Positions 25,316 through 40,389 of a stretch of 64,000 nucleotides of DNA are shown here, one piece after another (the first letter of the stretch is position 1; each line of letters starts with the position of its first letter). The stretch comes from Octopus vulgaris. Taxonomy: Eukaryota. The notes below the pieces were generated by a model. It ran no database searches, was not told where the DNA came from, and saw only the letters and a list, made by a program, of their open reading frames with translations. The position numbers and the translations under genes were made by a program. The DNA lies in contig OX597831.1 in the NCBI GenBank assembly GCA_951406725.2, positions 20,150,001 to 20,214,000 on the forward strand. The letters run 5' to 3'.

Positions 25316-26160
25316 ATGTATGTATGTATGTATGTATGTATGTATATATGTATGCATGCATGTATGTATGTGTATATACATAAACGACACATATGCATAC
25401 ACACACACAAACATATATCCAATTGTCTTTTAAAAAGACCACACAATAGCTAATGCAATTCTAAATACGATAAGTCTAAAGAAAGAAAACAACAGACGTG
25501 ATGGTCATGGTAGGAATACATTTGATTAAAAATTCCACAACAAAGCAAACTGTAAGCTAAGTATATATATATATGTCCGGAACTTCAGCACTGAGCTAAA
25601 AATAAGAGAGTATTTTTTACCTTTATTCTTAGGATAAACGATGTTCACCTGTTGCCAAAATCTCTATTCTTCCTCATTCCACCGATACGCTCAGCCACCC
25701 GCTTCCCAGACTCCCGCCCACCTACTCAAGGAAACACACATCATAATACACACGAAGCATCCATACATTGCTCACAAACGGGTATTTTAACAGGTTTTTA
25801 TTTATTTGTTTATATATTTTGGTGGGCTTTTTTTTGTTATGTTGCTGGTATCACAGCATAACACGGAGGGAAGTTTTCACTGTGTTTACCTTAAGTGGCG
25901 ATGGTGAAAAATTTTTATTTACATTTTATACTTTTCATAATTCACTGAGTGAGAGTTGGGGGTGGGCGAATATGGAGAGTGGTGAGGCAAGGAGAGATTC
26001 ACCACAAAGAATGAATATATAAACAGAGGTATGAAAGAAACGTTTGCAATATACATGAGCGCGCGCGCGTGTGAGTGAATGTATATATGGATGGGTGTGT
26101 ATATATGTGTGTCTGTGTGTGTATATATGTATATATATGTGTATGTGTGCGTATGTATGC

Positions 26161-26210
<50 letters not shown>

Positions 26211-26267
26211 AGAGAGATACTGCAAGAGACAAGCAGATCGACATTCCTACATACATATGCATGTATG

Positions 26268-26309
<42 letters not shown>

Positions 26310-26751
26310 CATACATACATGCATATGTATGTACGTATATATATATATATGTGTGTGTGTATATGTGTGCATATGCACGCAAATATGTATGATTGTATGT
26401 ATGCATGTATGTATGTGAGCGCGTGTGTACTTAGACATTTAAATAGCTAGCTGCATAGATAACTTTTTATTGTGGCCACACAGGGCTAAACACAGAATAA
26501 AAATGGACGAAATACAATGTAGAGTTTTTTTCTTTTCGAGGTGGGATGGGTGGGACATACAAAGAAAGAAACACGTTCGATCAATAGGGATCTGTGGGTT
26601 GTGTGGTGTATAAAAAAGTAATATATATATAAAGTTCACAGTTTAGGTGTAGCCTTGGAAAGGAAAACCTACAAAAAAGACCAAGGTCACCTCAGACAGT
26701 TCGAAAATGAACACATGGGTAAGTCGCCTTACCTCTCGTTGTCTCTTTTGG

Positions 26752-29700
26752 TTACAGATTTACGATTAAAATAGTGTCGTCATTCATACTGACCATTTTT
26801 GCCACTTTTACCCACTTTTTATTAAAACATTCGTTCGACAAAGCCTTCCTCTCTATTCTCATCCTCCTTTTCAAGTGGTACTTGAAAAAGTTGACGAGAG
26901 ACTGACCAGAGAGGAAGGTGTTTGTTTGCAGTCCTTTCAAACGCGTCCACCACACACATTCTTTCGCCATAGCCATCAGCGTAACGAAAACCGTTTTCCC
27001 TTCCCGTTTAAAGGAAGGTGGTGGAACAACATTAACGATAGATTCGGCCGATAGGCGAGCCCGTCCTACACGCGACAACAGCTGTTCGACGAAAGTCAAC
27101 AGCTCTGAAATATCTGGACACTGCACGAGTGCGTGCAGAACGGTTTCGTCGCTCTGACCGCATCTCGGGAAGGTCGGTCCGGTGATGGTTTTCGAACCGT
27201 GCCTGTAACTCTTCTCTCGAACAGGTAGTGCGTCTCGATAGCACTGCCAAGTCAGGGATTTCTGGAAGTTATCCATAGGCCCCGGCCCGAACGTCGTCCT
27301 GAACAGGCGGGTTAGGAATTTCTCGTCGACGCCCAGGTTTGCCCCGAGTGTGTCGTAGGACCTCACCTCCACTAGTCCTCTATAGAACGCTTTAGTCGTT
27401 TGTAAGTTGCACAAGTTTGACCCCGGTCGGGAGAGCTGCTGTAGAGCTTGGCGACACTCTCGGTGCCAATCGCCCAGTTTCGGTCTCTTATTGATCCACG
27501 TTTGCAGTTCGGTCAGTGAGACGAGCTGCGGGAACGCGCGTCTCACAAACGGTGCCCACACCTGTTCACCGTCGTCGATGAAGTTCCAGAGATGTCGCAG
27601 TCTCAGCGCATGCCTGCGCATCATCAACCACCGCATGCCAAGTCTTCCATTCAACGGATGTTGACAGCAAATGAACTTCCTCACCATCGGAACGCCACCC
27701 TTACACAGGAAGCGGAAGAGTATGCGTTCCAGTTTGGTGATGATGGCGTTGGGACAAGGCACGACGGTCAGGCGGTAATCGATGACGGATGCGATGTCCG
27801 CGTTCGCCACCTCCGCCCGGCCTTTTAGAGACAGCTTTCTCTCGGCCCATGTTTGGCTGAGAGCGACCACTCTACTCGTGATCTCGTCCCAGTTCTTATC
27901 CATTTGGAGGTCCGGACTGAACAAGACCCGAGCAATTTAACTGGTCCGTCCGTCCAGCGTCCCACTACTGAGCCGCAGTCGGACGGCATGGGCTTGCTTC
28001 TCCAGGTGCCGAGTAGCAAACCCACTGACTTTTCCGGGTGAATCTTCGCTCCCGTCACCGTTTCGTATTTTCTTAGTGTCTCGCCTAGCATCTGGATGTG
28101 TTTTTCGCTCGACACTATGACGGTGGCATCGTCCGCATATGCCGACACGCTCGTCCCGCAACCCAGTTCCCGTGGGATGCCCCTCAGTGTCGCCAGCTTC
28201 CGCAGTAGCGGCTCGAGAGTCAATACATACAGAAGCGCCGACAGGGGACACCCCGAAGGACCGAACACGTGATGTCAAACGGTTTCGAAAGGTGACCGTT
28301 CACCCGAATCACCGATCGGATGCCGCTATACAAGGCAGCGATCCAACCGCGGAAGACGGGACCGAAGCCAGCCGCCCTGAGGACGGCCGCCAATTACCGA
28401 TGGTCGACCCTATCGAAGGCTTTAGACTGATCGAAATTGATCAGCGCCCCACCCATGCCAGGATCCTTAACTACCCTGTCCACAATGTAGCGCATCAGAT
28501 GGAGGTTGTCATGTATGGTTCTGCCCGGCACGGCGCATGTTTGCGCCCTGTCGACCAGTTTACCAATGACAAGCGCCAACCTCTCGGCTATTACTTTGGC
28601 CAAAATTTTCAAATCTGCGTTGAGCAGAGTGATGGGCCTGAAATTATCTATAAAATTCCCCTTGTTTGGGTCTTTCTTTAGCAACATCACTACACCTCGG
28701 CTCACGAAACCGGGGATTCTCCCGTTTTGCTGCCAGTTGCAGTAGACTGATGCCAAGAGGTCGCCAAACAAGTCTGGCATTTGACAATACAGCTCGTAGG
28801 GTAAACCATCCAATCCAGGCGACTTATCCCTCGCGCAGCCCGCCATCGCATCCCGCATGTCAGTGGCTGTGATGGGACTTTCACAACACTCCGCTTCTCT
28901 TGCCGAGAGCCGCGGTAGATCGGTCAGGTAGGCACTGAAATCCATCCTGCGTTCCGACCCACCACTCGCACCAAACAGTCGAGTAAAGTGCTGTTGAAAG
29001 GCCTCACACATCCTTTCGGGCTCGAGTAAACTGCATCTCTGTTGATCTATTAGAGACCGAATGGTGGCTCTGTTACCACGCTGCGCCTCCGCTACCCGGG
29101 CCTCTCGCGCAGCTTCGATCCCTTCGTTCCTTAAGACACGCATTTTAGCTCTGACGACGCAACCTTCGTGCTTGGCGTTGAGGTGATGGTCGAGGGCTAT
29201 CCTCGCAGCCAGCACGTTGGTTGCGCTGCCAGTGGTAAGTGCCTCTTCTAGTTTCTTAACCAGGTCTCCCTCTACTCTGTTTCGATCTATCGCTAATTCC
29301 TTGCTAAACCTAATTGATTCCGATTTTATTGCCATTTTCAGGGCGAACCACCAGCGGTTGTTAACGACGGCTCCCGCTAGCGCCCTCTTAATTAACTCGC
29401 TAATCCGGTTCCTGTAAACCTATCGCGCTAAGAGCGACGTGTTCAGTTTCCAGTAACCGGGACCCTGTCTATGTGTCTTATCTAAGTCGAGCGTACACGT
29501 CACAAATTTGTGATCTGTGTAGCTGACTTTTAAATTGTGGACATCCTACACTATCCCTATCCGCTGTCCTGCATAGAATTCTATCTAGATAAGATCTCGA
29601 CGATCCGATGCGGTTTGTCCAAGTCCACGTTGGCACGTTCGGATGGTCGAGTCGGAACCTGTCAGACAAATGGAAACGTGTGAGTAGGTTTTTGAGGCAC

Positions 29701-30190
29701 TTACACCCCCTTCTATTCCTATCCACTCCTACATAATCTAGATGCGTGTCCAAGGTAGCATTCCAATCCCCTACTAACAGTAAAGGTCTAGACGTACCCA
29801 GGAAAACCTCTAGACGTCTGAAGAAATCCGCCCGACCCGTTAATGACGGTGCATAAACTGCCATCAGACGGAATGCACACCCATTTCTGCCATCCACATC
29901 CAAGACAACCAGCCTACCCTCCGGGTCTAGGAATATTGTTCTTACTTTTACATTTAGACTCTTTCGGAAAAGCACAGCGGTACCTCCACCACCCATGTTC
30001 GGCAGACAGGGAGAAAAATAAATGTCGAATTGATCGCCAAACATGGACGCGAGGGCCCGCGGCCTGCTGAGTCTGATTTCACTGATAGCTACTATATCCA
30101 CGTTCAGTGACTTGATGTCGTTTAGAAGGTAACCTTGCTTCCAAGCCGACGCCAAGCCACGCGCATTCACACAACCTAATTTAAGCTTAA
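26752..30190 (-). pseudogene. Tx1 ORF2 (endonuclease, reverse transcriptase, zf-RVT), several frameshifts
   Basis: NARGL, VYAP, GDWN, SYLDR, KSPGLDGLP, NFRPITLLNADLKI, DQSKAFDRVDH, GCPLS, AYADD, LSLKGR, 'PRCGQSDETVLHALVQC'. Confidence 0.92.
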
Positions 30191-30254
30191 TTGACTTTTA
30201 AGAAATGTTTGTTTCACACACTACATTGGAAGAGACAAGAGGCATGAGGGAAGG

Positions 30255-32115
30255 TCACTTACTCATTTCGAAAGTTTCAGTTTTTTCTTCTTCTTTTGTA
30301 TTGTCTTTGAGGAGGTGTTTGTATAGTTTTTTTGAGAGGTATCGTTGAAACCCGCCTACCGCATTTGGAAATATTGCTTTCAGTGTATGGTGTTGTGCTT
30401 GTGTTATGTGTACAATTCTTATGTGTTTCGGTGGTGTGGTGCGCGGATGATTATCTGTCTTAAAGTCATCTTCACAGATGTTCGTGTTGGCTGCAATGTA
30501 ATCCATTAACTTTTTATTGTCTGTGTCTATTGCAGTTAGTTGTGTGTGTGGTTTTGCGGGTTCATTGATTTTTTGATTGTCTAGGAGGATGCTGTCCGGA
30601 GTTAAATCTCTCCCTGCTTTACTTACTTGTTTGGTGGGCTTTTTTATCTTTTCCTTTTACCCCCTGTGGCTATTTGCCATTCTGTTGAACTTTCGTCGTT
30701 GGACGACGAGTCCGACGAATCAGAAGGGGGTAAAGGCAAAGCATTTGCGTTAATATGTATGCTTGTAGAAATTGTTGATGTTTTGTGCAGTATTTGTGTT
30801 GTTGTGGTGTTAGGGGTAGAATTTGTCTTCTCGTCACTGTTTTCTGTGTTTTAGTTGTCGTCCTCGGTGTTGGTGTTGGTCTATATTTTGTTGGTTCAGT
30901 ATGTTGAATTGGTTGCCACGTCAACGGTGATTGTGTTGGTGCTGTTTCTTTTCTTGGTGATGTTGTTGGGGTTTGTTTGCTGGTTTGTTGTTTTTCTTGG
31001 CATTGTTCCATAATTGAGTGTGTTGGTGTTGGTGTTGGTGTTGGCAACAAGGGTTTTTTATTTGTTTTCTGATTTGTTCTTTCTTGTTTTCTCTGTGCCA
31101 GAGCGCACTTGGCAATTAAATGTTCTGGGCTGCCACAGTTGTAGCATCTTGGCTTTTTGCCTTCTCTAGAAGAATCTTATCGAGAAGTTTCTCGATAGAG
31201 GACCCCTCAATCTGGATGCTGACTTCTATTGATTTACCACCCCAATTGTCGTTTTTGTATACGGCAATCTCTAAAATATTTATAGTTTTCAAATGGTAAC
31301 AGATCGCTCCTGTTATCCATTTGTTAGGTATCTCGGGTGGTACATTTTTAATGCTAATTTTACTCACTGTCTGGCCTTTGTAATATGGGATCATGATGAT
31401 TTCATCATTTTGCAAAGACTCCGTAGAGCGAGCTTTTGCCACTTCCTGGTTAGGGAAGCGGACCTCCAGTGTATTAAGCTGGGGACCCCAGTTTATATAT
31501 ACTTTTTTTTTCATTATGTTTTTTAAACACTTTTCTATGTCCGTTTTTGTAAACTGTTCATTTTGTTTTTTTTATAATTTTATATATAATTGTCTTATTT
31601 TCTATTTGTTCCTTTATGTGTTGAGGTGTATGCAATACTAAATCCTACCCTTGGGTTGTAAAGACTGCTCTCGTTTCTATTAACTCTTCATTCGTAAATT
31701 TTATTAATTCTTTTTTCTGACGCAGAATGTCAGCGAAATTTACTGTTATATTCTGGCAGTTGTTGTCGTTGTATGTTTTTGTTGTTGTTGTATCCGAAAT
31801 ATTCTTGGACGTGGCTTTTACAGGTACTGTTGATTCTGTTATATTAATATCTTCACTATTAGATGATAAAATATTTATTTCATTTTTGTTGTTGTTCTTC
31901 TTCTTGTTGTTGTTTTTGTTAATAGTATTCGTGTGAGTTTCATTTTTATCATTTATGTTGGTCGTGCTGGTGGTGGTGGTGGTGGTGGTGGTGGCGGTGG
32001 TGGTGGTGGTGGAGGTGGTGGTGGTAGCAGTAGTAGTCTCGTTGTTGTTGTTGTTAGTAGTGGTGGTAGTGGTGACAGGGCTGTAACCGCAAGTGGTTGC
32101 AGCGTTCACTACCAC
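30255..32115 (-). pseudogene. Tx1 ORF1 (gag-like), frameshifted
   Basis: Pieces at 32115-31645, 31514-31116 ('ISIKNVPPEI'), 31050-30670 and 30506-30255. CX2CX4HX4C 'CYNCGSPEHLIAKC' at 31146-31105. Confidence 0.75.
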
Positions 32116-32447
32116 GTCACTCAGGTTTGTCTTTGTCGAATGTGTGTGTGTGCATAAGTTCTTTTTTTTCTCCTAGCGTTTCAAGTCTAGGAAAATGCTG
32201 GTCCATAAAGGAATTCGACCAGCGTTCTACAATAACATTTCTCGACATTTTTTAATGTCGAGAAGAAAAATACGCAAATTAAATAGGGTTGAAACTGCCC
32301 CTAGGGGCGAATTCCTCCCTTGGAAAAGCACTCAAACGAAAGTTGGGTGCCTTACACACCTTATTTACAAAAATGTACACAAAATATGGGCTATAAATAA
32401 TCAAAATAAACGATTACTTTCGGAGCCGAAGTGACAACACGTCAGTC

Positions 32448-32783
<336 letters not shown>

Positions 32784-33291
32784 TACACATACATATATGT
32801 ATAAAAGAAATAGTTAAACATTTCTATGCAATGTGTGCGTGCGTGCGAGCGTGCGTGCGTGCGAGCGTGCGGGCGTGCGTGCGTGGGGGGTGGCAATATC
32901 CTTAAATGTGTATTTGTATGTCTGCGAACGATAAGTGTAGATTTTAATATATAGAAATTATTTATGAATATTTTCGTCGATACGACACACACACACTTTC
33001 AGATACACGCACTTATTCTCCTACACACACACACACACAAATATATATACATAGATTCCAGTATACACTCACACGTACATAAATGCACATACATATATAC
33101 ATCCGCAGACATAAGCATTCATATGCATGTGTGTATTTGTATTGGTATGTGTACATATACATAGAATTACATATATATACATATATACTCACACATATAT
33201 GTGTGTGTACATACAGATACACATATATTTATACAGATGCATACATATATTCATGCATGCATACATACATATATATATGTATATATGTATG

Positions 33292-33379
<88 letters not shown>

Positions 33380-33380
<1 letters not shown>

Positions 33381-33754
33381 TAGCAGTATCACCCGGCGTT
33401 GCTCAGGTTTGTAAGGGAAATAACTATAAAGCATTTTTAGAGAGTTATAGCAAAAAAATAGCAAAAAAATGGAAAAAAATTATGGTAAATTTTTTTTGAG
33501 AGTTAAAAAGGTGGAGTTGCGTCCCCATGACAGTTTGTGGTTTGTGTTTCTGATTCTCGACCCCATGTCGAATTTATCGATTTTTTTCAGAACTGGGGGA
33601 ACTTTTCAAAATTTTCGCTGCGTTAGTTTTGAATTATGACGTTGGGCTATGTGTGTGTCAAGTTTCATCAGAATCGGTTGAAAGCCGTGGTTAGGGTGAG
33701 GGTACAAGCAAACAGACACACGCACAGACAAACTGCCGTTTATATATAGAGAGA
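33380..33754 (-). mobile_element. Non-autonomous Helitron
   Basis: Minus-strand 5' TCTCTCTATATATAAACGG. 3' GC hairpin (CCTGAGCAACGCCGGG) about 8 nt before CTAG. Inserted between A and T. Confidence 0.8.
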
Positions 33755-33934
33755 TATAAATATATCTGTATGTATATATGTATGTATATGTATATGCATG
33801 CACACATACGTACATGCATGCATACACACATACATACATACATACATACATACATACATACATACATACATACATACATACATACATACATACATAAATA
33901 AATAAATAAAAATACATGCATATATATAAATACA

Positions 33935-34326
33935 CTAGCAGTATCGCCCGGCGCTGCTCGGGTTTGTTTCGACCCTTTAGAATTGGAATTTTTGAAAAGT
34001 AAAAATTCTGCATTATGTAGCTTGTTATTCTCTCTAAGTGAACACTTTTCTGGTTGAAATACACCGAATAATGGCGACACAGCAGTAAAAAAATCGTAAA
34101 AAATAGGGATTTTCATAGAAAAAAAGCACCTTTTTGATGTAAATAATTTTTGGTGTTAACATGGTCTGATTTGAATTTTTTCTTCTACAGAAGGAAGAGC
34201 AAACCTTCTTCTATCATACTCTCAATTTTGGTCAACTTGCGTAGCAGGGTCTCGGAGGAGATAGTGTTAGTTGAAGGCTACCAAACCTGCCATACACAGA
34301 CAACTTCAGCTTTATATATAGAGAGA
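33935..34326 (-). mobile_element. Non-autonomous Helitron
   Basis: 5' TCTCTCTATATATAAAG. 3' hairpin CCCGAGCAGCGCCGGG followed by CTAG. Confidence 0.8.
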
Positions 34327-35064
34327 TACATGCATGCATAAATTAATGTATGTATGCATGTATATACACATAGATACAAATATACATACATACATTCATA
34401 CAATCATAGGTACGTACCAAACACTTTGTGGTACACATGGCACCGATACACCTACCTCTGTCATTGGGGCGTACTTTATTTTGCTTTACAGAGGAGAGAA
34501 GCTGGCCCATCACCTAAACCACTTCATCCTCACCCTTTTCATTTTCCACATCCACTCTCTTCTTCTTCTTCTTCTTCTTCTTCTTCACATCTCTTTCTCT
34601 ACCCCTTCCTCATCCCATTGAATAATGTTCTTGGTTTTTTCTTTCCTCCCAAGGTGGAATTTGAACTAAACATCACGAACCAACGAAACACTCGTTATTT
34701 TCACTGTGCTCTTATTGTTATACTCGTATTTACTATTGTTGATGGCATTGTTGTAGTTGCTGTTGTTACGCAGATACTCACGTACATGATTACATGCATG
34801 CACGTACGTAAAGATACACACACGTCAAAAAGAACATACAGACACGCATATACGCGTGTGAAACATGCAATCCCGACGCGTTTTTTTTCTCTCCGTTTTT
34901 TTTTACCTTTCATTCCTTTCTGTAAAAGGCGCGAAACGGCAAAGGTGTTTTTCTGTATTGTTCCCCAAAGTCAAACTAACACACCTGCTTTTGGTTGACT
35001 CACCTGTCTCTGCCGTTTGTTTTCTGTACATTTGAACCATATATATTCTTATTCTTTTGTTTAT

Positions 35065-35290
35065 TTTTTACTTGTTTTAGTCTTTTGACTGCGACCATGC
35101 TGGAGCACCGCCTTTAATCGAGCAAATCGACCCCAGGACCTATTCTTTGTAAGCTTAGTACTTATTCCATCGGTCTCTTTTTTGCCGAACCGCTAAATTA
35201 CAGGTACGTAAACACTCCAGTATCGGTTGTCAAGCGATGTTGGGGTTGGGGGACAAACACACACACATACACACACACAGACTCAGACAT

Positions 35291-35323
<33 letters not shown>

Positions 35324-35465
35324 CGACGGGCTTCTTTCAGTTTCCGTCGACCAGATCCACTCACAAGGCTTTGGTTGACCCGAGGTTATAGAAGACACCT
35401 GCACAAGGAACCCGGAACCATGTGGTTGGTAAGCAAGTTTCTTACTACACAGCCACTCCTGTGCC
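35065..35465 (-). mobile_element. SINE family 1
   Basis: Reverse-complement match to the family-1 head and tail, with a small internal deletion. Confidence 0.85.
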
Positions 35466-36257
35466 TATATATATATATATATATAAACGGCAGTTTGTCT
35501 GTCTGTGTGTCTGTCAGGTTGTACCCTCACCCTGACCACGGCTTTCAACCGATTCTGATGAAACTTGAGACACACATAGCCCAATGTCATAATTCAAAAC
35601 TAACGCAGCGAAAATTTTGAAAAGTTCCCCCAGTTCTGAAAAAAAATCGATAAATTCGACATGGGTCGAGAATCTAAGCTTTTTATATGCAACACATTTT
35701 CTACAGACTGTCTAGGGAAAGCAACTCGACCTTTTTAACTCTCGGAACACGTGGGGTAAGTATCCCAAAATGTATAAAAATGTACAAAAACGTCAAAAAA
35801 GTGGGCAGCAATGTGAGTGACAACAACGAAAAAGTCAAAAGTGACCAAACTGAACAAACGAATGGAAAAGGTTTTTTGATGCACACGACAAAAGCGGTTT
35901 ATAATAAACCAAGAGTTTGCAAGTAGCGTCCGAGGACCCTTAGGGTACGTCAAAAATTTAAGGTAAAACGTTTGGGGTGGTAGTTATAAAGAAAGTGTAA
36001 ACAAAAAAAGTATTCGAATAACTTGCGGCTGCAGCAGCTATTAGCAGAAGTGGGGGTAAAGTCTCGAATGTAATTTCTTCCTGGTAGGAATTGGTTGGGT
36101 TGAATTATCGATAGCTGTTTGATAGTTATTTGGGAGTGAAGAGAAGACATTGCAACCTACACATGCGCCTTCGTTCCCTAGAGGGAAAGGACTAGATTGA
36201 GATTAGTCGTTGCCTACAAGGGGCTCTTACATACCCGGGCAACGCCGGGCTATGCTG

Positions 36258-36261
<4 letters not shown>
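35465..36261 (+). mobile_element. Non-autonomous Helitron (5' part shared with 33380-33754)
   Basis: 'tatataaacggcagtttgtctgt...' 5' end. 3' hairpin CCCGGGCAACGCCGGG at 36234-36249, then CTAA (degenerate CTAG). Confidence 0.75.
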
Positions 36262-36293
<32 letters not shown>

Positions 36294-36488
36294 TATATAT
36301 ATATAATATATATATATATAAATATATATATATATAAAATATATATATATATGTATAAATATATATATATATGTATAAATATATATATATATGTATAAAT
36401 ATATATATATATATGTATAAATATATATATATATATGTATAAATATATATATATATATGTATAAATATATATATATATGTATAAATAT

Positions 36489-37027
<539 letters not shown>

Positions 37028-37204
37028 AAATATTCCCGAAGCATGGAAATATTTCCCAAAAGTGTTCCTCATCAGCTACTGAATTTATTACATCTAAAAT
37101 CATGTAATCACGTGATTGACCAGACAATCGGATATTATTATACATCACTGGTCACAATGTGCTTTGCACCGTTTTAGCTTGTGAAGGATGCCACCCCGCT
37201 GACT

Positions 37205-37402
37205 AGGCTAACATTACCCCTGATCGGAAGGCTACTCCGTCGCAGGGTGTACCCATTTACAGCCGAGCGGACTGGTGCAACGTGAAATGAATTGCTTTGC
37301 TCCAAAACACAAAATGCGGCTGTGGATCTGTCCGGGAATCGAACCCACGATCTGCTGATCGTGAGTGCAACACCTTAACCACCAGGCCACGTGCTTTCAC
37401 CA
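37205..37402 (-). mobile_element. tRNA-derived SINE family 3 (CORE-like)
   Basis: Reverse complement 'gtggcctggtggttaagg...gggttcgattccc...gtaaatgggtacaccctgcgacgg'. Related pieces at ~41340-41440, ~41575-41660 and ~23752-23900. Confidence 0.7.
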
Positions 37403-37844
37403 TTACGTTTAAAATAAGACATAAAAATTCATCTGGACAAAGCAAATAAAACCCGCCCCACACCCTCACACACACACACACAACACTCCAAAAATAATTC
37501 CTGTATTCTTGCTCAATGTCCGACAATGATAACTTCTCATAAATCGCAGTCTTTATCCTCGACACTGTTTCATGTGTTATTTCTTTAATGGGTGTTGTTC
37601 GTGCTGTCTGCAAAGATGGCGAATTAGCAGAATGTGACACAGTGTATCTAAAATTATCATTTAACCCTATATAATTTTATATAATTCCTGTAAGAAAACA
37701 GGACGTGATTCGAAGGAGATTTGGCTGCAATTTGTTGTCGGCCGAACGAGCATATATAGGATCACATTTTGATTCGCTGGAATTAGTAAATGTTCAAGAA
37801 GAGGGTTGTTGGAAATACATTACAGACGATGCTAACAGCAGAGA

Positions 37845-37901
37845 CTTAAGAATTTCTTCGATGCTTAAGAATTTCTTTGATGCTTAAGAATTTCTTTGAT
37901 G
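37845..37901. repeat. Three tandem copies of the 19-bp unit CTTAAGAATTTCTT(C/T)GATG
   Basis: Seen directly. Confidence 0.9.
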
Positions 37902-39409
37902 ATAAGGCCCGTGATCAATACGATGGTATGAAAGAACACACGATGTTGCAACAAATCGTTCTTTGATGGATCTTAATTCAAAATGAATATACGGTCTGTT
38001 AGTAGTCCATTAGCAGAAATGTTAGTGGGATGAGGAGGTATATGAGACAATGGGCTTTCAGGTCTACCTCGACAGTCTTTAATAATTCTCAATGGAAATG
38101 GGGAATTGAGGTGAAAAGTTTAAGACATTGACAGAGATACGAAAGTACCGTGTGGGTAAACGTGAAACAAATCGTTGGTTTGGATGGTCTGTTCCCTGTC
38201 AGACTTGTTTCCCCTCTGCTTTCTTTCACGTGTACAGCAACTAACAGTCACTGAGTATTCCTAGTGATATGTTCCGAGCAACAGTTACACCGAAGAAGGA
38301 CAATAACTAGGAAGACATGATTTAATGCCTAGAATTAGGTTAAATGTAAGATCAAATATCTGGGTTGTGGTGCTACTAAAAGTTTGACCTTTATCTTAGG
38401 TGATACGATTCTGGGAAAATCTACCATGAACAACCTCTACTTCATGTGAAGCATCAAGGAAAAAGTTGATTGTGTAACTGGTTTTCTTGAGATTCTAGGA
38501 TGAATTTGCATCAATCGAATGTGTTCAACAAAGTCGACTATTGGTAGCAGCAGCTAGTTTTAGTTCAATCGATTTTCGGTGCCAACATCAGTCGAGGAAT
38601 ACGGCAGCAGCAGAGCGATGGTAATAGTTGATATTGTGTGAGTTTCTAGAGAGTGTAAAAGAGGCACCCGTCTCGTATCAGGTTCTCGGTCCGTCAAGGG
38701 AGCCAGCAACACTACTTCTACAAGTTTTGGGTCCTGGATTAATACTACTTAAGTTAAATGTACTAAAATGAACCTCACTGAAACAGGAACTGGAGGAGAT
38801 ATATGAATACGGTTATAGTATTGAACATCTCCGTAATCGATCACATCCAAACCAAGCTTGAAGAATTATGGGTGGTAAGAGAAACGCTGTCTAGCCCTAA
38901 ATGGCCAGTGCTTGAATGTGGGTGCCCGGAAACGTGAATGCACGATAGATAACATTTTTCGTAAGAGGGTGTTCTAGACCTGTTTCGAGTTTGACTGCTA
39001 TTTGGGTTGGAACCGGCACGAGGTATTAATCTGAGATAGCTATCCCTCAAATGTGCAGGGTGGCAAATACCAAATGTTTGCTTTGGTGCATTATTTCCTG
39101 ATTGTTGTGTCTTAATTCAAAAATAACATCTGAGCCAATTGAGAACTTCTGAGCTTTCTCTTGAGACAAAATGTCTATCTGTTGATAATATCCACTCCAG
39201 ATATTTTCGAGATGTAATATTTATACTGTATCCTGTAGTAGAGATCCACCTTGGGAGTTCAAGAGTTTCAAGAAGTATGGTGTTACCGTTAGACACCACT
39301 ACTCCCAAATCCGTTCTGATTCGAGATGATAACGCCGTCAAGCGCACAAATAGAAGGAAAACGTTTCTGTGGTTAAGGCATTCTGGATTAGACATGTGTC
39401 CACAAAATT

Positions 39410-40203
39410 ATTAATGAAGATCTGAACAGGTACAAAATTTTGCGCTAAGTTTGTTTCCAATGTTTCAAAGACGAACAGAAGGTAAGACACGTTGGTGACA
39501 GCAAGGAGATGGTTGGACTCATTAGCTCCAATACAAGAGTACTTTGGTCTCTGGTGATGTGACGAAAGCAGGATATGATCCAGAGACCAACAGACAGAGT
39601 GCCCATTGGAAGCATCTTGGCTTCCCCAGACCCAAAAAGACCAGACAAGGCAAGTCCACCAAGAAGCTCATGATGATCCTCTTTTCGATAGAAAGAGCAT
39701 CATATACATTATCTGGATTCCCTCTGGACAGATAGTCGACGAAGAGAACTTTGTGGAGGTTTTGAGGGAGTTCAGGAAGAGATTTCGTCGCAAAAGACCA
39801 GAGATCTTTCTCTCGAGTCGGTAACATCAACACAGAACAATGCACCAGTCCGCAATTCCATCCTAGTAACCAACTATTTGACAAAGATGGGCATAAAAAC
39901 TGTCCTTTCCCCTCCCTACAGTCCAGACCTTGCTTCCTGTGACTTTTGCTTGTTCCCCAATCTGAAGGAGAACTTCATAGTCAATCGTTTTGAAGACACG
40001 GGAAGATGAAGGAGGCTGCAACAAGGTGTTCGGACACCTTCAATTTGGATGAATTCCATAGAAGACTTCACGAAGACACTGAAACACTACAACAAGTGCA
40101 TTGAAGTCAAAAGATCCTACTTTGAAGAAGATTAGAGTTTTGTACTTCTTTGAAATTAATAAATGTCTCTCCTGAAAAAGTCTCAAAACTTCTGAAATAC
40201 ACA
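39410..40203 (+). mobile_element. Mariner transposase relic (catalytic half plus right end)
   Basis: 'VSGD..YDPETNRQSAHWKH', 'KKLMMILF', 'PPYSPDLASCDFCLFP'. Stops and frameshifts. Confidence 0.85.
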
Positions 40204-40389
40204 TTTTATCCCGAAAACCTTTAACTGTAATGCTTAGGACTTTTAAACTCGTAGGATGATGGATACCCTATTTGATGGCATAAAAGCCACACGAGTATAT
40301 TAGATGCACACCCAATTTCAGTAGCTTATTCAGGAAAAAAGTTTTAAATGTATTTTTAAAAATGTAATGTTTAAAGCAGCGTATTAAGA

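Larger units (their letters stand above)
26462..32447 (-). mobile_element. Tx1/L1-clade non-LTR retrotransposon, near full length, inactivated
   Basis: ORF1 with CCHC knuckle, ORF2 APE-RT-zf-RVT, 3' AATAAAAAG at ~26471-26463. Flanked by ATAGATA on the left and (GATA)n on the right. The 5' boundary is inferred. Confidence 0.85.

Noticed and set aside
38750-39400. Possible very old CR1/L2 RT remnant on the minus strand ('TDLGVVVSN')
   Set aside because: Only one short motif was seen, which is insufficient without a profile search.
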